Assembly: GCA_020184695.1 (NCBI GenBank)
Contig: JAANOX010000209.1
Coordinates: 1-23,035, forward strand
Direction of reading: 5' to 3'
Length of the DNA: 23,035 nucleotides
Origin: Histomonas meleagridis 2922-C6/04-290x
Taxonomy: Eukaryota > Protista > Parabasalia
Shown here in pieces: positions 1 to 10,638 of the stretch (its first letter is position 1; each line of letters opens with the position of its first letter). The notes beneath the pieces were generated by a model. It did not search any database. It was not told where the DNA came from and saw only the letters and a program-made list of their open reading frames with translations. The position numbers and the translations under genes were made by a program.

Positions 1-497
1 CACGATTTAATTTCTTTTCGAAACAAAACGGAGAAAGAAATACAGAGGTATGGCCTTGAAAATAAAATTCTTAGAAATAAATTATCCTCTCTTGAAGAAG
101 AAAATTTTCAACAAGATCTTATTCCAAATGAACTTGTTTCTAGTCTTCAATTTACAGCTCAAAACCTTTCATGTGAGATTGAGTCACTCCGTTTTTCTGT
201 TCATGCAAAGATCAAATAAATCGTAATTCTCATAGAAGCCAAAAAACTTTGCACACAACAGCTTCAAAATTCTTATTCTAACGTTACCAAAAAGTATAAA
301 GAGAAAATCAATAAACTAAATTATATTCTTCAAAATGAAGAAAATAAATTTAATGATACAAAGAACAAAGCGCAAAAAGTTTTAGATGCTGTTTTCGAGA
401 TGACTCCAAACAGCGCATCTCGAATATAACAGCCAGAGAGAATCTTTATGATAAAATAGATGAAATGAAAGAATTTGTACAAAATGCAATAAAATAG
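1..497 (+). pseudogene. 3' fragment of a coiled-coil-like protein gene, disrupted as sequenced
   Basis: Frame 1 from base 1 reads as K/E/N/Q-rich coding sequence (HDLISFRNKTEKEIQRYGLENKILRNKLSSLEEE...). It has an in-frame TAA at 217-219, stays open to 426, and a frame-3 tail (NITARENLYDKIDEMKEFVQNAIK*) ends at TAG 495-497. No family recognised; the 5' end lies outside the window. Confidence 0.4.
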
Positions 498-722
498 ATA
501 TTTAATAAAATTTTTTGAAAATTCTTTTTCCTAATTGTTAGGAAAAAGGAATTTTTTAATACAAACATAAAAACAACGATTTTTTTGTAATGCATTTCAA
601 ATCTTTTTTTTTAATTGGAAAAATTAAAAACGCATATTTAAATATACGTTTAACATTTCAGCTATCGGCTATGATTTTGACCTTACTTAATTCGAACTAA
701 GCAAGTCAATTAAAAAAACATC

Positions 723-761
723 CCTTTTGTGGCGGTTTTGCCATGGTCAATCATTTTCATT
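723..761 (+). promoter_or_regulatory. Trichomonad-type core promoter of Ran: M5-like CCTTT, M3-like GGCGGTTT, Inr TCATT
   Basis: CCTTT at 723-727, GGCGGTTT at 731-738 (fits the DRCSGYTD M3 consensus described in T. vaginalis), and TCATT at 751-755 and 757-761 immediately before ATG 763. Confidence 0.55.
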
Positions 762-762
762 T

Positions 763-1395
763 ATGCAGGCAAAACTTGTCCTTGTAGGAGATGGTGGCGT
801 CGGAAAAACAACTTTTGTCAAACGCCATCAAACTGGTGAATTCGAAAAGAAGTATATCCCAACTCTTGGAGTTCAAGTTTCGCAATTATCTTTCCAGACT
901 ACACATGGTGTTTTAACATATAACATTTGGGATACAGCAGGTCAAGAACGTTTTGGCGGTCTTCGTGAAGGTTATTATCTTGAAGCAAATTGTGCCATCA
1001 TCATGTTCGACGTTACTTCACCAACAACATATCGTAACGTCCCAACATGGCACCGTGATCTTGTTCGTGTATGTCCAAACATTCCAATTGTTCTTGTTGG
1101 TAACAAAATTGATGTTCGTGACAGGAAAGTTCAAGCAAAGCGTGTTATTTTCCACAAGAAGAACAACATGAGATACTTTGAAATCTCAGCAAAGAGTAAC
1201 TACCACTTTGAACTTCCATTCCTTTCATTAGCTCGTTCATTGTCAGGCGATCCAAATCTCCAATTCACCACAGCAACTGTTTTAATGCCACCAGAAGTTG
1301 AAATGGATCCAAATCTTGCTGCACAATATGAAGCTGAACTTCAACAAGCAGAAGCTATTCCACTTCCAGAAGATGATAATGATTTCCTTAATTAA
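763..1395 (+). CDS. RAN: Ran GTPase (GTP-binding nuclear protein)
   Basis: G1 GDGGVGKT, effector [10 protein letters not shown]3 WDTAGQE, G4 NKID, G5 EISAKSNY, and the Ran-specific C-terminal extension with acidic tail ([10 protein letters not shown]). Start moved from the TTG at 727 to ATG 763, which follows an Inr. Confidence 0.96.
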   Translation: MQAKLVLVGDGGVGKTTFVKRHQTGEFEKKYIPTLGVQVSQLSFQTTHGVLTYNIWDTAGQERFGGLREGYYLEANCAIIMFDVTSPTTYRNVPTWHRDLVRVCPNIPIVLVGNKIDVRDRKVQAKRVIFHKKNNMRYFEISAKSNYHFELPFLSLARSLSGDPNLQFTTATVLMPPEVEMDPNLAAQYEAELQQAEAIPLPEDDNDFLN

Positions 1396-1629
1396 AGTTT
1401 CAAGTTTTTAACATTTTTTTTATAAACAACCAAGACATACATCAAATCAGAAGGAAACATAAAGAAACAATATTCTAAATAAATAGTCAAATAAAAATCA
1501 AAAGTTATCTTCGGTTAAACAACTTTTTGAATACTTATTTACTTCACTTTTATCGGTGTAAAGTTTTTAATTTTTAAGACGATAATGGGTTTAACGTACA
1601 TAATGTTAACGTCAAATTTAACTTCATTT

Positions 1630-2439
1630 ATGGAGTTAGTCGCTCTTGCACCAACCAGAAACAGAAAGCAACATGTTTATTCATCTTCAAAAAGGACTAT
1701 TTGGACACCAGAAGAAGATGAACTCTTAATTACATTGATGACAAATAATCAAACAAATTCTTGGAGCGTCTTGGCAAAGTACTTCCCAAACAAAACTGCA
1801 CCACAAATCTCTGGAAGATGGGAAAAGGTATTAAACCCACAACTTGTGAAAGGGTCTTGGACACGTGAAGAGGATGAAATAATCTTGGATTTTGTTAAAA
1901 AAAATGGAGTAAAAGACTGGGCAAAACTAGCTCTCCTCCTCAACGGAAGAACAGGAAAACAATGTAGAGAGCGTTTCAAGAATCATTTAGATTCAAATGT
2001 TGTGCGTACTCCATGGACTCAAGAAGAAGATGAAAGACTAATCGAATATCATAACAAACTAGGAAACCAATGGACAAAAATATCTCCATATTTCCCAGGA
2101 CGTTCAGATAATTGTATTAAGAATCGATGGAATAGCACCTTAAGAAAAAGAATCGAGAGAATGCAAAAAGGTGAGCCATTAGTACAAAAGAGAGGAAGAA
2201 AACCAAAGTCCAATGAAATACCAAAACCAGAAATAGAAATTGTACAATATGATCAAATAGAAGCCTGCTCATCACCCAACATTTCCGATGTACAATCAAA
2301 AATAATTCACTTGGCGCCAATTGCATTTGAACCTTTTTCTTTGTTTAGACAGAATTTTAATCAACCAACGATTTGCCCAACACTAGAGCAAAGTCGGAAT
2401 GACTTAGAAAGGTTGCTTAGTGCAAGGATTATAGATTAA
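1630..2439 (+). CDS. Myb transcription factor with three repeats (R1R2R3)
   Basis: Three Trp-spaced repeats: WTPEEDELL...W...RW, KGSWTREEDEII...W...GRTGKQCRERF, WTQEEDERL...GNQWTKI...GRSDNCIKNRWNS. These are followed by a basic KRGRKPK motif. ATG 1630 is preferred over 1585 because TCATTT (1624-1629) directly precedes it. Confidence 0.92.
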   Translation: MELVALAPTRNRKQHVYSSSKRTIWTPEEDELLITLMTNNQTNSWSVLAKYFPNKTAPQISGRWEKVLNPQLVKGSWTREEDEIILDFVKKNGVKDWAKLALLLNGRTGKQCRERFKNHLDSNVVRTPWTQEEDERLIEYHNKLGNQWTKISPYFPGRSDNCIKNRWNSTLRKRIERMQKGEPLVQKRGRKPKSNEIPKPEIEIVQYDQIEACSSPNISDVQSKIIHLAPIAFEPFSLFRQNFNQPTICPTLEQSRNDLERLLSARIID

Positions 2440-3160
2440 TTTGTTTCTTACAAGAAAATAATTGAGTAAAAATAGCTATGAGCGAAACCTTTGAGAAACC
2501 ATTATTTTGTGAATTTCTTTGAAGTTGAATTTATGTTTCATAAAAACTTTTCGATCATATATTTTTATCCAAAAATTGTTGTGCCCTCCTGAAAATCCAA
2601 TTATCATTTCTCGAGAAATCAGTATTTTATTAGAAAAAAATTTTCAATGAAATTCAATGATTTGCGGGTAGAACACCTCACCTCACTTTTCTAATTTTTG
2701 CTCAAAAATCATCATTTCATATTTATATACCTTTAACTTTATTTATCATTTTCGACAAATAATTGTAGGAAATTCATTTCAAAATAAAATTATATCAATT
2801 CCCGAAGAAATGTCTTTCATTACTTGAATTTATCTATTCAAATCAAAAAAAACATAATTTGATATTAACTCGATGATGAAAGTGTTTATAAACAATTAAA
2901 CATTCATTTTCTCCAAGTCAAACATATACCATTTCTCAGTAACAGTTTAGTGTGTTTCAAATTTTTAGGAATATATTCAATTGAATTTCCTATCGTGTGT
3001 CAGCTTGTTTACAATCTCTCACAAAAGCACGCATATAAAAAGTGTAAAAATTATCGTAGCAGGTTAAAACGCTTTTTATTCAAAAATTGGGTTTTCGGTT
3101 TGAATTTGTGTTGTTTACGATCGAGCAGGTGAGGAATCCAACCGACGTCACAATCATTCC

Positions 3161-4636
3161 ATGTTATTGCTTCTGATGGGCATAGCATATTCATACAGTA
3201 AACCCACCCAACTTCTTGAAATCACAACTCGTCCTTATCTTTACAAGTTAGGACTTAAACTTGGAAAGACAGTTACTCTTCGTGACATCCCACAATCCGA
3301 ATTCGATGATTGGAAAGCCAAAGGATTCCAATGGGTTTGGTTCATGGGCGTTTGGCAAGTAGGACCAAATGGTGTTCAACATTCTAAGACTGATGCCGGT
3401 TGCATTGCCGGATATGATGTTAACTGCCCAGGCTGGACAGAAGAAGATGTCATTGGTTCACCATATGCCATTGTTAAATATGATGTTAATGTTGACATTG
3501 GAACTCTTGATGATCTCAAATGGGTTCGTGAACAACTTAAAGCACGCGGAATCAAATTAATGCTTGACTTTGTACCAAACCACTCAGCCACAGATGCACC
3601 AGAAGTTACCGAAAAGCCAAATTATTATATTCGTGCTCCACCTGGTGTTACAGATTCCACCCGTTATCTCAGCAATGGTGTTGCCTATGGATGTGCCGAA
3701 TGGTGTTCTCCATGGATGGATACAGCCCAATTCAATTATTTCGATTATGAATTCCGTGGTCGTCAAATCCAAATATTAAAGAAAATCGCATCCTTAGCCG
3801 ATGGCTGTCGTTGCGACATGTCCCATGTCATTCTCAAAGATGCATTTGAGAAATATTGGAAGACCGAACTCGATGCATATGGCTATACCAAACCAGAACG
3901 TGAATTTTGGGAAGAAGCCATCGAAGCAGTCAAGGCCGTATATCCTGATTTCATCTTCTTAGCCGAATCATATGGTGATAATGAGGCCAAGCTTGTTTCA
4001 CTCGGCTTTGACTATGCGTATGACAAGATCCCCTATGACAAGCTCACATACCAAGACCCGAGTGGCTTTATCCAAGAAATCCGCAATCGCAATAATGAGT
4101 ATATGTCACATATGTGCTACTTCACTGAGAACCACGACGAAAAACGTGCAGTTGCGAACTTCTTTAACAACTACGATGCAGCTAACGCCGCAGCAGCAGC
4201 ATTACTCACATTGCCTGGAATGAGATTCTTCAACCAAGACCAATGGCTTGGCCCTAAGAACAAGATCGACGTCCACTTGAGGCGAGCTAATGCCGAACCG
4301 CCCAATTCCGTCTGTGTATACTTCTACAGCAAATTGTTTGAGATATTGAAGATGGACGTAATGAGAAACGGCGAATTCCAACAGTTGACGTGCGAAGGCG
4401 CAGCGATCTCCGCGTGGAAGTACAGCTTGGGCGACGAGCACATTTTGGTTACAGTCAACTTCGGCAGCGGCACAGCAGGAGGAGCAATCAAGCTCGACGA
4501 CGCACCGCAATGCGATAAAATTACAGTGAAGGAGTTGTTGACCGGTGATAACTACGAAAGAAATGGATACGAATTAAGAAACAGTGGTTTGTTTGTCATA
4601 TTGGATCAGTACCAAGTGCAAATATTTAAGTACTAA
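3161..4636 (+). CDS. GH13 alpha-amylase-family glycoside hydrolase, probably secreted
   Basis: GH13 conserved regions MLDFVPNH, DGCRCDMSH (nucleophile Asp), FLAESY (acid/base Glu) and FTENHDE, plus a C-terminal beta domain. Short hydrophobic N-terminus MLLLLMGIAYS; Inr TCATT at 3154-3158. Confidence 0.9.
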   Translation: MLLLLMGIAYSYSKPTQLLEITTRPYLYKLGLKLGKTVTLRDIPQSEFDDWKAKGFQWVWFMGVWQVGPNGVQHSKTDAGCIAGYDVNCPGWTEEDVIGSPYAIVKYDVNVDIGTLDDLKWVREQLKARGIKLMLDFVPNHSATDAPEVTEKPNYYIRAPPGVTDSTRYLSNGVAYGCAEWCSPWMDTAQFNYFDYEFRGRQIQILKKIASLADGCRCDMSHVILKDAFEKYWKTELDAYGYTKPEREFWEEAIEAVKAVYPDFIFLAESYGDNEAKLVSLGFDYAYDKIPYDKLTYQDPSGFIQEIRNRNNEYMSHMCYFTENHDEKRAVANFFNNYDAANAAAAALLTLPGMRFFNQDQWLGPKNKIDVHLRRANAEPPNSVCVYFYSKLFEILKMDVMRNGEFQQLTCEGAAISAWKYSLGDEHILVTVNFGSGTAGGAIKLDDAPQCDKITVKELLTGDNYERNGYELRNSGLFVILDQYQVQIFKY

Positions 4637-5401
4637 ATGGCCTTTTATTCAAAGTTTTTGGTAAATTTTTAAAATTTTTGAACAAGAGTTACAAGAGCTC
4701 ATTTATGGTCTTTCATTACATTTTATAAATATATAAAATAGGTATTTTTAAGTTATGTTGGTTGACACCAAAAAAAATTTCAAAAAATCTTGGTGTCCAT
4801 TCAAAAGATATTCAAGTTGATATTTTTTAGAAATGCATATATCATGGAATAAAAAAAAAATTACGCAGAGGGAAATCTTGAAATATCTCATTACGAAAAT
4901 GTAATGATAAAAAAATTATTTTTTACTCAAAACACCATCTCGTTTCTTTAATATAATCATTTTGTGAGTATATCTTCTATATATAAACCAAAATAACACA
5001 TTTTTTGGAAAGATAAATTCGTATTAGAATTGAAGAACGTTAAGTCCCTTCATGTTGTAGAGATATACTGAAAGCTACATTATAATAGCGGGTGCAAAAA
5101 ATTCAATACTTTTTCATTTTGTAGCATATCCAATTTATATCATGACATCGCAGTAGAAGCCGTCTTACACATGCGAAAATAATGAAGTAGTTGCGGCAAA
5201 AAGCCCATTAGCCTTCTCTGCCATACCCCTCCAAATTGTGAATGAGGTTTTCGCCGTTTTTGGATACGAAAAATTTCAAAAAGTCTTCAATAGTGGGTTA
5301 TGTATACAAAATATTTTTTACACCATTCAAATTAAACCAATAAACAGAAATATTGATCGATGTTTAACGGTTGTTTTTTATTCAATTGAATTGCTTTCTC
5401 C

Positions 5402-7611
5402 ATGCTCGTCTTTTCATCAATTCTGTATGCTTTTCATTCTATCAAGCTTAATGCAACTTTTCAAGCTCCCTACGGATGTGGAAAAGGAAGTGTCAAACTT
5501 ACATGGAATAAAAATGAAATCAATGATAATACTTATTATAAAATTTTTCAAAAAACATCGGAAGATGACTACGGTTGGGAAGTAATAAGTACGTATAAGA
5601 AAGATACATATATTAATGTTTTGAATATTTATCCTTCAAATAGTAGTAAAGGCCAGAAATCAAATTCAACACCTTTTCCTATTCCCATAGCAGATATGAA
5701 ATTTAATTCTCAAAAGGGTGATCCTGTGGAATACCCTCTATCAGCATCTTTAAAAGTTTGGATGGAAGGTGGTAAGATAAATGGAGTAACCTCACAAGCT
5801 TATGGCAACAATACTGATACAGACGAAACAATAATGAATGTAACACTTATTTCAATTGATGAATTTGAAGCAGCAGTTAGAAATGATAGTGAATGGGTAT
5901 ATCTGTTTGATGTTATTGTTCTTGGTTTCTGGACTGAAAATGGAGGCTTTTCTCTCTCAACAGAATGTTCAGAGAAAATTATTCAGCAATACATTCAAAG
6001 AGGATATGGTTTTCTTGCAGGTCATGGAGTATTATCTCCATTATTTTGCAATATGACCGATGAAGGATACAAGGCTGCAAGCTTAGTATCAATTAGTAAC
6101 TTGTTTGGAATGGAAGTTGAACTAGCAAAATATCTAGTGCTCGATCCAGTAATATTTATCTTCATAATGATAGCTTAATTCATAAGTATCCATGGAAACT
6201 TAAAAATCCGAATAAAGAAAAACATGAAATTTCCGAGACATATACAACAAACCAAACTACCAGCGGCAATATTAGGTTTTATCTGAGTTATTATGATGAT
6301 GAAAAAAAATCCAAATTTTATCTCACAACATACGGCAATACTGCAGTAATTCAATTAAGAGAAAATCCAAATTATTACGAAAAAAAAATCCTTACGAATA
6401 CAATTTTTCACCTGAAGCAAAGAATAAATGAAAATCATTTTGAAGATCATGTCTATTCTCAAGATTTAGCAAAGCCATTAAAACCAGAAATTAGTTATGA
6501 TAAAACTAATCACATTATTAAAGTACATGCTGATGATGAAGGAACTAAATATTTCTACAAAGTTAAAGAGTATGATTATACTGGAAATTGTATCTCAGAG
6601 TCAAATGTAGCAAGTGTCGATGTTGTTACAGGAATATTTAAATATTTATATATAATTAATAATGATGATGATGTTTCGAGATCAGATAAAGAGGAAGAAT
6701 CACTCAATGGTTTTATTAACATAAGTGATAAAAAAATAACAAATTCACACTATATTCATGTAAGTGCTGTTGATAATGCTAATAACATTGGAGGAAAAAC
6801 ATCATGCAGATTAATGGAAATTACACAAGAACCAATCACATATCCATTTTCACCAAGTAATACATTTTTTAAATCAAATACATATACACAAAGTAATACA
6901 TATACTAAGTCAAATACATATTCTAAATCGAATACATATTCTAAATCAAACACATATACTAAATCAAACACATATACTAAATCAAACACATATACTAAAT
7001 CAAACACATATACACAAAGTAATACATACACTAATTCGAATACATATACACAAAGTAATACATTTTCTAAATCGAATACATTTTCTAAATCGAATACATA
7101 TACACAAAGTAATACATTTACAAATACATTAAAATCAGGTGAAATATTGACACATTCGTATATTATTACACAATCGTTATATATCACACAAACGATTATT
7201 AATCAAACATTTATAACGGAGACACAACTTTTCACAGAAATTGAACGAACAGAAACATATATTCGAACTGAATTTATATATTATAAATATAATGTTGTTC
7301 AATTTTCATCATATTATTATTTTTATTCTGATTTTTATACTATTATTGAAGGATACGAAATATCAGGAGAAGAAGGACTTTCTACAGAAGTTTTAATTGG
7401 TATTATTTGTGGATCGATTGGTATTTTATTTATTCTTATTGGGATTATCATGTTTTTAATTAAAAGTAATCATAATAACAACGAACGAAAAGAAGACGAT
7501 GGAGAATCAGAAGAAAGTATATTGACAGGAATCAAAGAACCAATTCAAGAAGAAGATGTCAACAAAGACATCAGCACATTTGTTCTTGGGGAAGATGACA
7601 AATGGCTATGA
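5402..7611 (+). pseudogene. Type-I membrane surface protein, paralog 1, with one frameshift near 6127-6130 (about 736 aa if repaired)
   Basis: Frame 2 from ATG 5402 aligns with paralogs 2 and 3 to ...LFGMEVE. Frame 1 is stop-free from 6121 to TGA 7609-7611 and continues the homology (LIHKYPWKL...FYLTTYGNTAVIQL...KILTNTIFHLKQR...VDNANNIG, SNT stalk, TM VLIGIICGSIGILFILIGIIMFLI, acidic tail). One extra A in the A4 run at 6127-6130 restores the frame. May be a real lesion or a sequencing error. Confidence 0.75.
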
Positions 7612-7651
7612 TCATAAAATAGAGCGATTCATAATATTGATATCGAATTTA
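6851..7651 (+). repeat. Left arm of ~800-bp inverted repeat (partner 8283-9081)
   Basis: 6851-7621 is the reverse complement of 8311-9081 in every stretch I compared. After a 2-nt indel, 7624-7651 matches 8283-8310. Confidence 0.93.
6856..7125 (+). repeat. 18-bp tandem repeat, 15 units encoding SNT(Y/F)(T/S/F)(K/Q/N) stalk
   Basis: Direct translation SNTFFK SNTYTQ SNTYTK SNTYSK ... SNTFTN. Confidence 0.92.
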
Positions 7652-8282
7652 ATCGATAAAACTTAGCCAAAAAAAAGTAAAACAAATTCCATAAAAAAAA
7701 AACTAGTTTATTTAATGTTACTGTTAATAAGCTGATCAATTTTCTGGAACTTCTATATTGTATGATTTGGAAAAAATTAGTTCTATGTGATAACCTATGA
7801 TTAACATACTGATAATTATTACTCATATCAAATATTTAAAATTTGATATTGTAGCATAAGGATAGATAAAGAAACAAAAATAGAGAAAGTTTTATAAAAG
7901 TTCCTGATGAAGATGTACATGATGTTCATCATTTTAATTTCAAAATTTATGAAAATGTTTGCTAACAAAAAATTATTCTTTTTAGATTCTGATTCCAAAT
8001 TAAAAAATGTAATAACAGTATTCCCAGTATTAAATTCATGACAATTTTATACCTTAATTTCTTTTGATGTAACTGTTGATTAAAGTTCCTGAAATATATG
8101 ATAAAATAATATAAAATTTTGATTAATTTTATATTTATATAACGTATACAATATGTAAATATAATATCAAGAATGTATTTTTATTTGTTTCTATTGGGTT
8201 TTTAAGTTATAGACATAAAATAAAATCAAATTAAATTGTGACCATTCAAAGAATATCTTAAGATCCTAATAGAAAAATTATA

Positions 8283-9081
8283 TAAATTCGATATCAATAT
8301 TATGAATCGCTATTTTATGATCATAGCCATTTGTCATCTTCCCCAAGAACAAATGTGCTGATGTCTTTGTTGACATCTTCTTCTTGAATTGGTTCTTTGA
8401 TTCCTGTCAATATACTTTCTTCTGATTCTCCATCGTCTTCTTTTCGTTCGTTGTTATTATGATTACTTTTAATTAAAAACATGATAATCCCAATAAGAAT
8501 AAATAAAATACCAATCGATCCACAAATAATACCAATTAAAACTTCTGTAGAAAGTCCTTCTTCTCCTGATATTTCGTATCCTTCAATAATAGTATAAAAA
8601 TCAGAATAAAAATAATAATATGATGAAAATTGAACAACATTATATTTATAATATATAAATTCAGTTCGAATATATGTTTCTGTTCGTTCAATTTCTGTGA
8701 AAAGTTGTGTCTCCGTTATAAATGTTTGATTAATAATCGTTTGTGTGATATATAACGATTGTGTAATAATATACGAATGTGTCAATATTTCACCTGATTT
8801 TAATGTATTTGTAAATGTATTACTTTGTGTATATGTATTCGATTTAGAAAATGTATTCGATTTAGAAAATGTATTACTTTGTGTATATGTATTCGAATTA
8901 GTGTATGTATTACTTTGTGTATATGTGTTTGATTTAGTATATGTGTTTGATTTAGTATATGTGTTTGATTTAGTATATGTGTTTGATTTAGAATATGTAT
9001 TCGATTTAGAATATGTATTTGACTTAGTATATGTATTACTTTGTGTATATGTATTTGATTTAAAAAATGTATTACTTGGTG
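8283..9081 (-). repeat. Right arm of ~800-bp inverted repeat (partner 6851-7651)
   Basis: As for the left arm. The ORF-track translations of both arms are identical on both strands. The spacer 7652-8282 is 631 bp. Confidence 0.93.
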
Positions 9082-10638
9082 TATATAACTAGATTTAGTA
9101 TATGTATTACTTTGTGTAAATATATTGGATTTAGTATACGTATTTGATTTCGTAAATGTATTTGTTTCAGGCTTTATTGTTGTTATCTTCTGAATGCCTT
9201 TTATATTAAATGTTGATATTGATCCAATATTACTGGCATTATCAATTGCTGCAATATGAATGTAATTTTCGAAATTTCCAGCTATATTAAAATCAATAAT
9301 ATTATTTGATGTAGAATGATCAAGATCTTTAACGTCTGACCGCCATTTCGTGTTAAAAGTATAAATGTATTTTGTTATATTGGTTTCGACCTTTATCGTT
9401 ATTTTATTTGACTCATCAATAAGATTTCCTTCATAGTCATATGCTTGAACCTTGTATTCATATTCAGTTCCAACATCATGAGCAATAATATATAGACAAT
9501 TATTTTCTGTATTGTATACAAGATAATCGATTTCAGGGCCATTTTTATCATGTGCATAGATATGATCTTCAAATGTATTATTTGTTGTTCTCTGCTTCAG
9601 ATGGAAAATTGTGTTTGCAAGAATCTTTTTCTCTATTTCAGTAGGCATGAAATTTTCATTATCAATTTTTAGTTGAATCATTGCTGCATTATTATTTGTC
9701 GTGAGATAGAATCTATTTTTTGCTTCGGTTCTATATTCTGTTATAAGTGAAAACCAAATATCCCCTGTGGCAGACTGAAATGTTGTTTTGGTATCAGTAA
9801 TCGTGATTTCATCTCTATAATTTCCAATATTCCATGGGTATTTTGTAAGTAATCCTTTATTACGAAGTCTGATTTTAGAAGAAGAGTACTGGTCAAAATG
9901 ACCATTATCGATTTCTTTAACTTTAATTCCAAACATATCACGAATAAGAACTAAGCTTTCAGGAATATATTCACCATCTTCATAATCACAAAAAATATAT
10001 GATAATGTACCATGTCCTGCAAGAAATCCATATCCCCGATTGATGTATTCTCTAATGGTTTGATTCGAACTCTTTGTAGAAAGAGAATAACCACCATTTT
10101 CTTCTCAAAATCCAAGAACAATAACATCAAAGTGATATATCCATTCATCATTATTTTCAACTTTTGTTTCGAATTCATCAATTGTAATAGTTGTTACATT
10201 CATAATCGGTTTGTTGGTCTCACCAATGGTAATATTACCATAAGCAAATGATGTCTCGTCATCAATTGAACCACCTTCCATCCAAACCTTCAATGATGCT
10301 GATTTGGGTAAACACTTATCATTTGCATCAATACCAAACTGCATTCTTGCATCGGGAATATAATATTTCCAATTTCTAATCGTTTTTTGACCTTTAGTAC
10401 TGTTGGACATTGATGGATAAATATTTAAGACATTAATGGGATTTCGATTCTCATATGTACTTATTGTCTCCCAATTATTATTCCATTGCAAAATTTTATA
10501 GTACACATGATTTACATTAATTAGTTTCGTTTCCCACTGAAGATATACCCCTCCTTTCCCATTTGCATATGTAGTATTGGAGGTAGCATTGAGTATTATA
10601 GTTTGGTTCGATATAATCAGCAAAATACATATGAACAT
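8321..10638 (-). pseudogene. Type-I membrane surface protein, paralog 2, with an in-frame TGA and a frameshift
   Basis: ATG 10638 (MFICILLIISNQTIILNATS). TGA at 10105-10107 sits where paralogs have Trp (VLGF*EENGG vs VLGFWTENGG and VLGFWYYNGG). The frame then continues without a shift (GYSLSTKSSNQTIREYINRGYGFLAGHG) into the 8800-9936 ORF. A frameshift near 9082-9090 separates this from the SNT stalk, TM and tail identical to paralog 1. Confidence 0.8.
8807..9165 (-). repeat. 18-bp SNT stalk repeat of paralog 2 (about 4 private units plus 15 units identical to paralog 1)
   Basis: Minus-strand translation TNTFTK SNTYTK SNIFTQ SNTYTK, then a frameshift, then the paralog-1 array. Confidence 0.85.

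Noticed and set aside
727-762. N-terminal extension of Ran from TTG 727
   Set aside because: No Ran homology, and the segment consists of promoter motifs. ATG 763 follows the Inr.
953-4510. Small overlapping ORFs inside Ran, Myb and amylase, and 2950-3132
   Set aside because: Alternate-frame or antisense ORFs with no motifs, mostly overlapping well-supported genes.
6856-7125. Regular 18-bp repeat as a possible CRISPR-like array
   Set aside because: There are no unique spacers, it is an in-frame coding repeat, and the context is eukaryotic.
6756-7187. Antisense ORFs with VYVFDL repeats (also 8745-9092, 11985-12371) and off-frame IH-rich ORFs (12040-12252, end of 8800-9936)
   Set aside because: These are shadow translations of the SNT tandem repeat.
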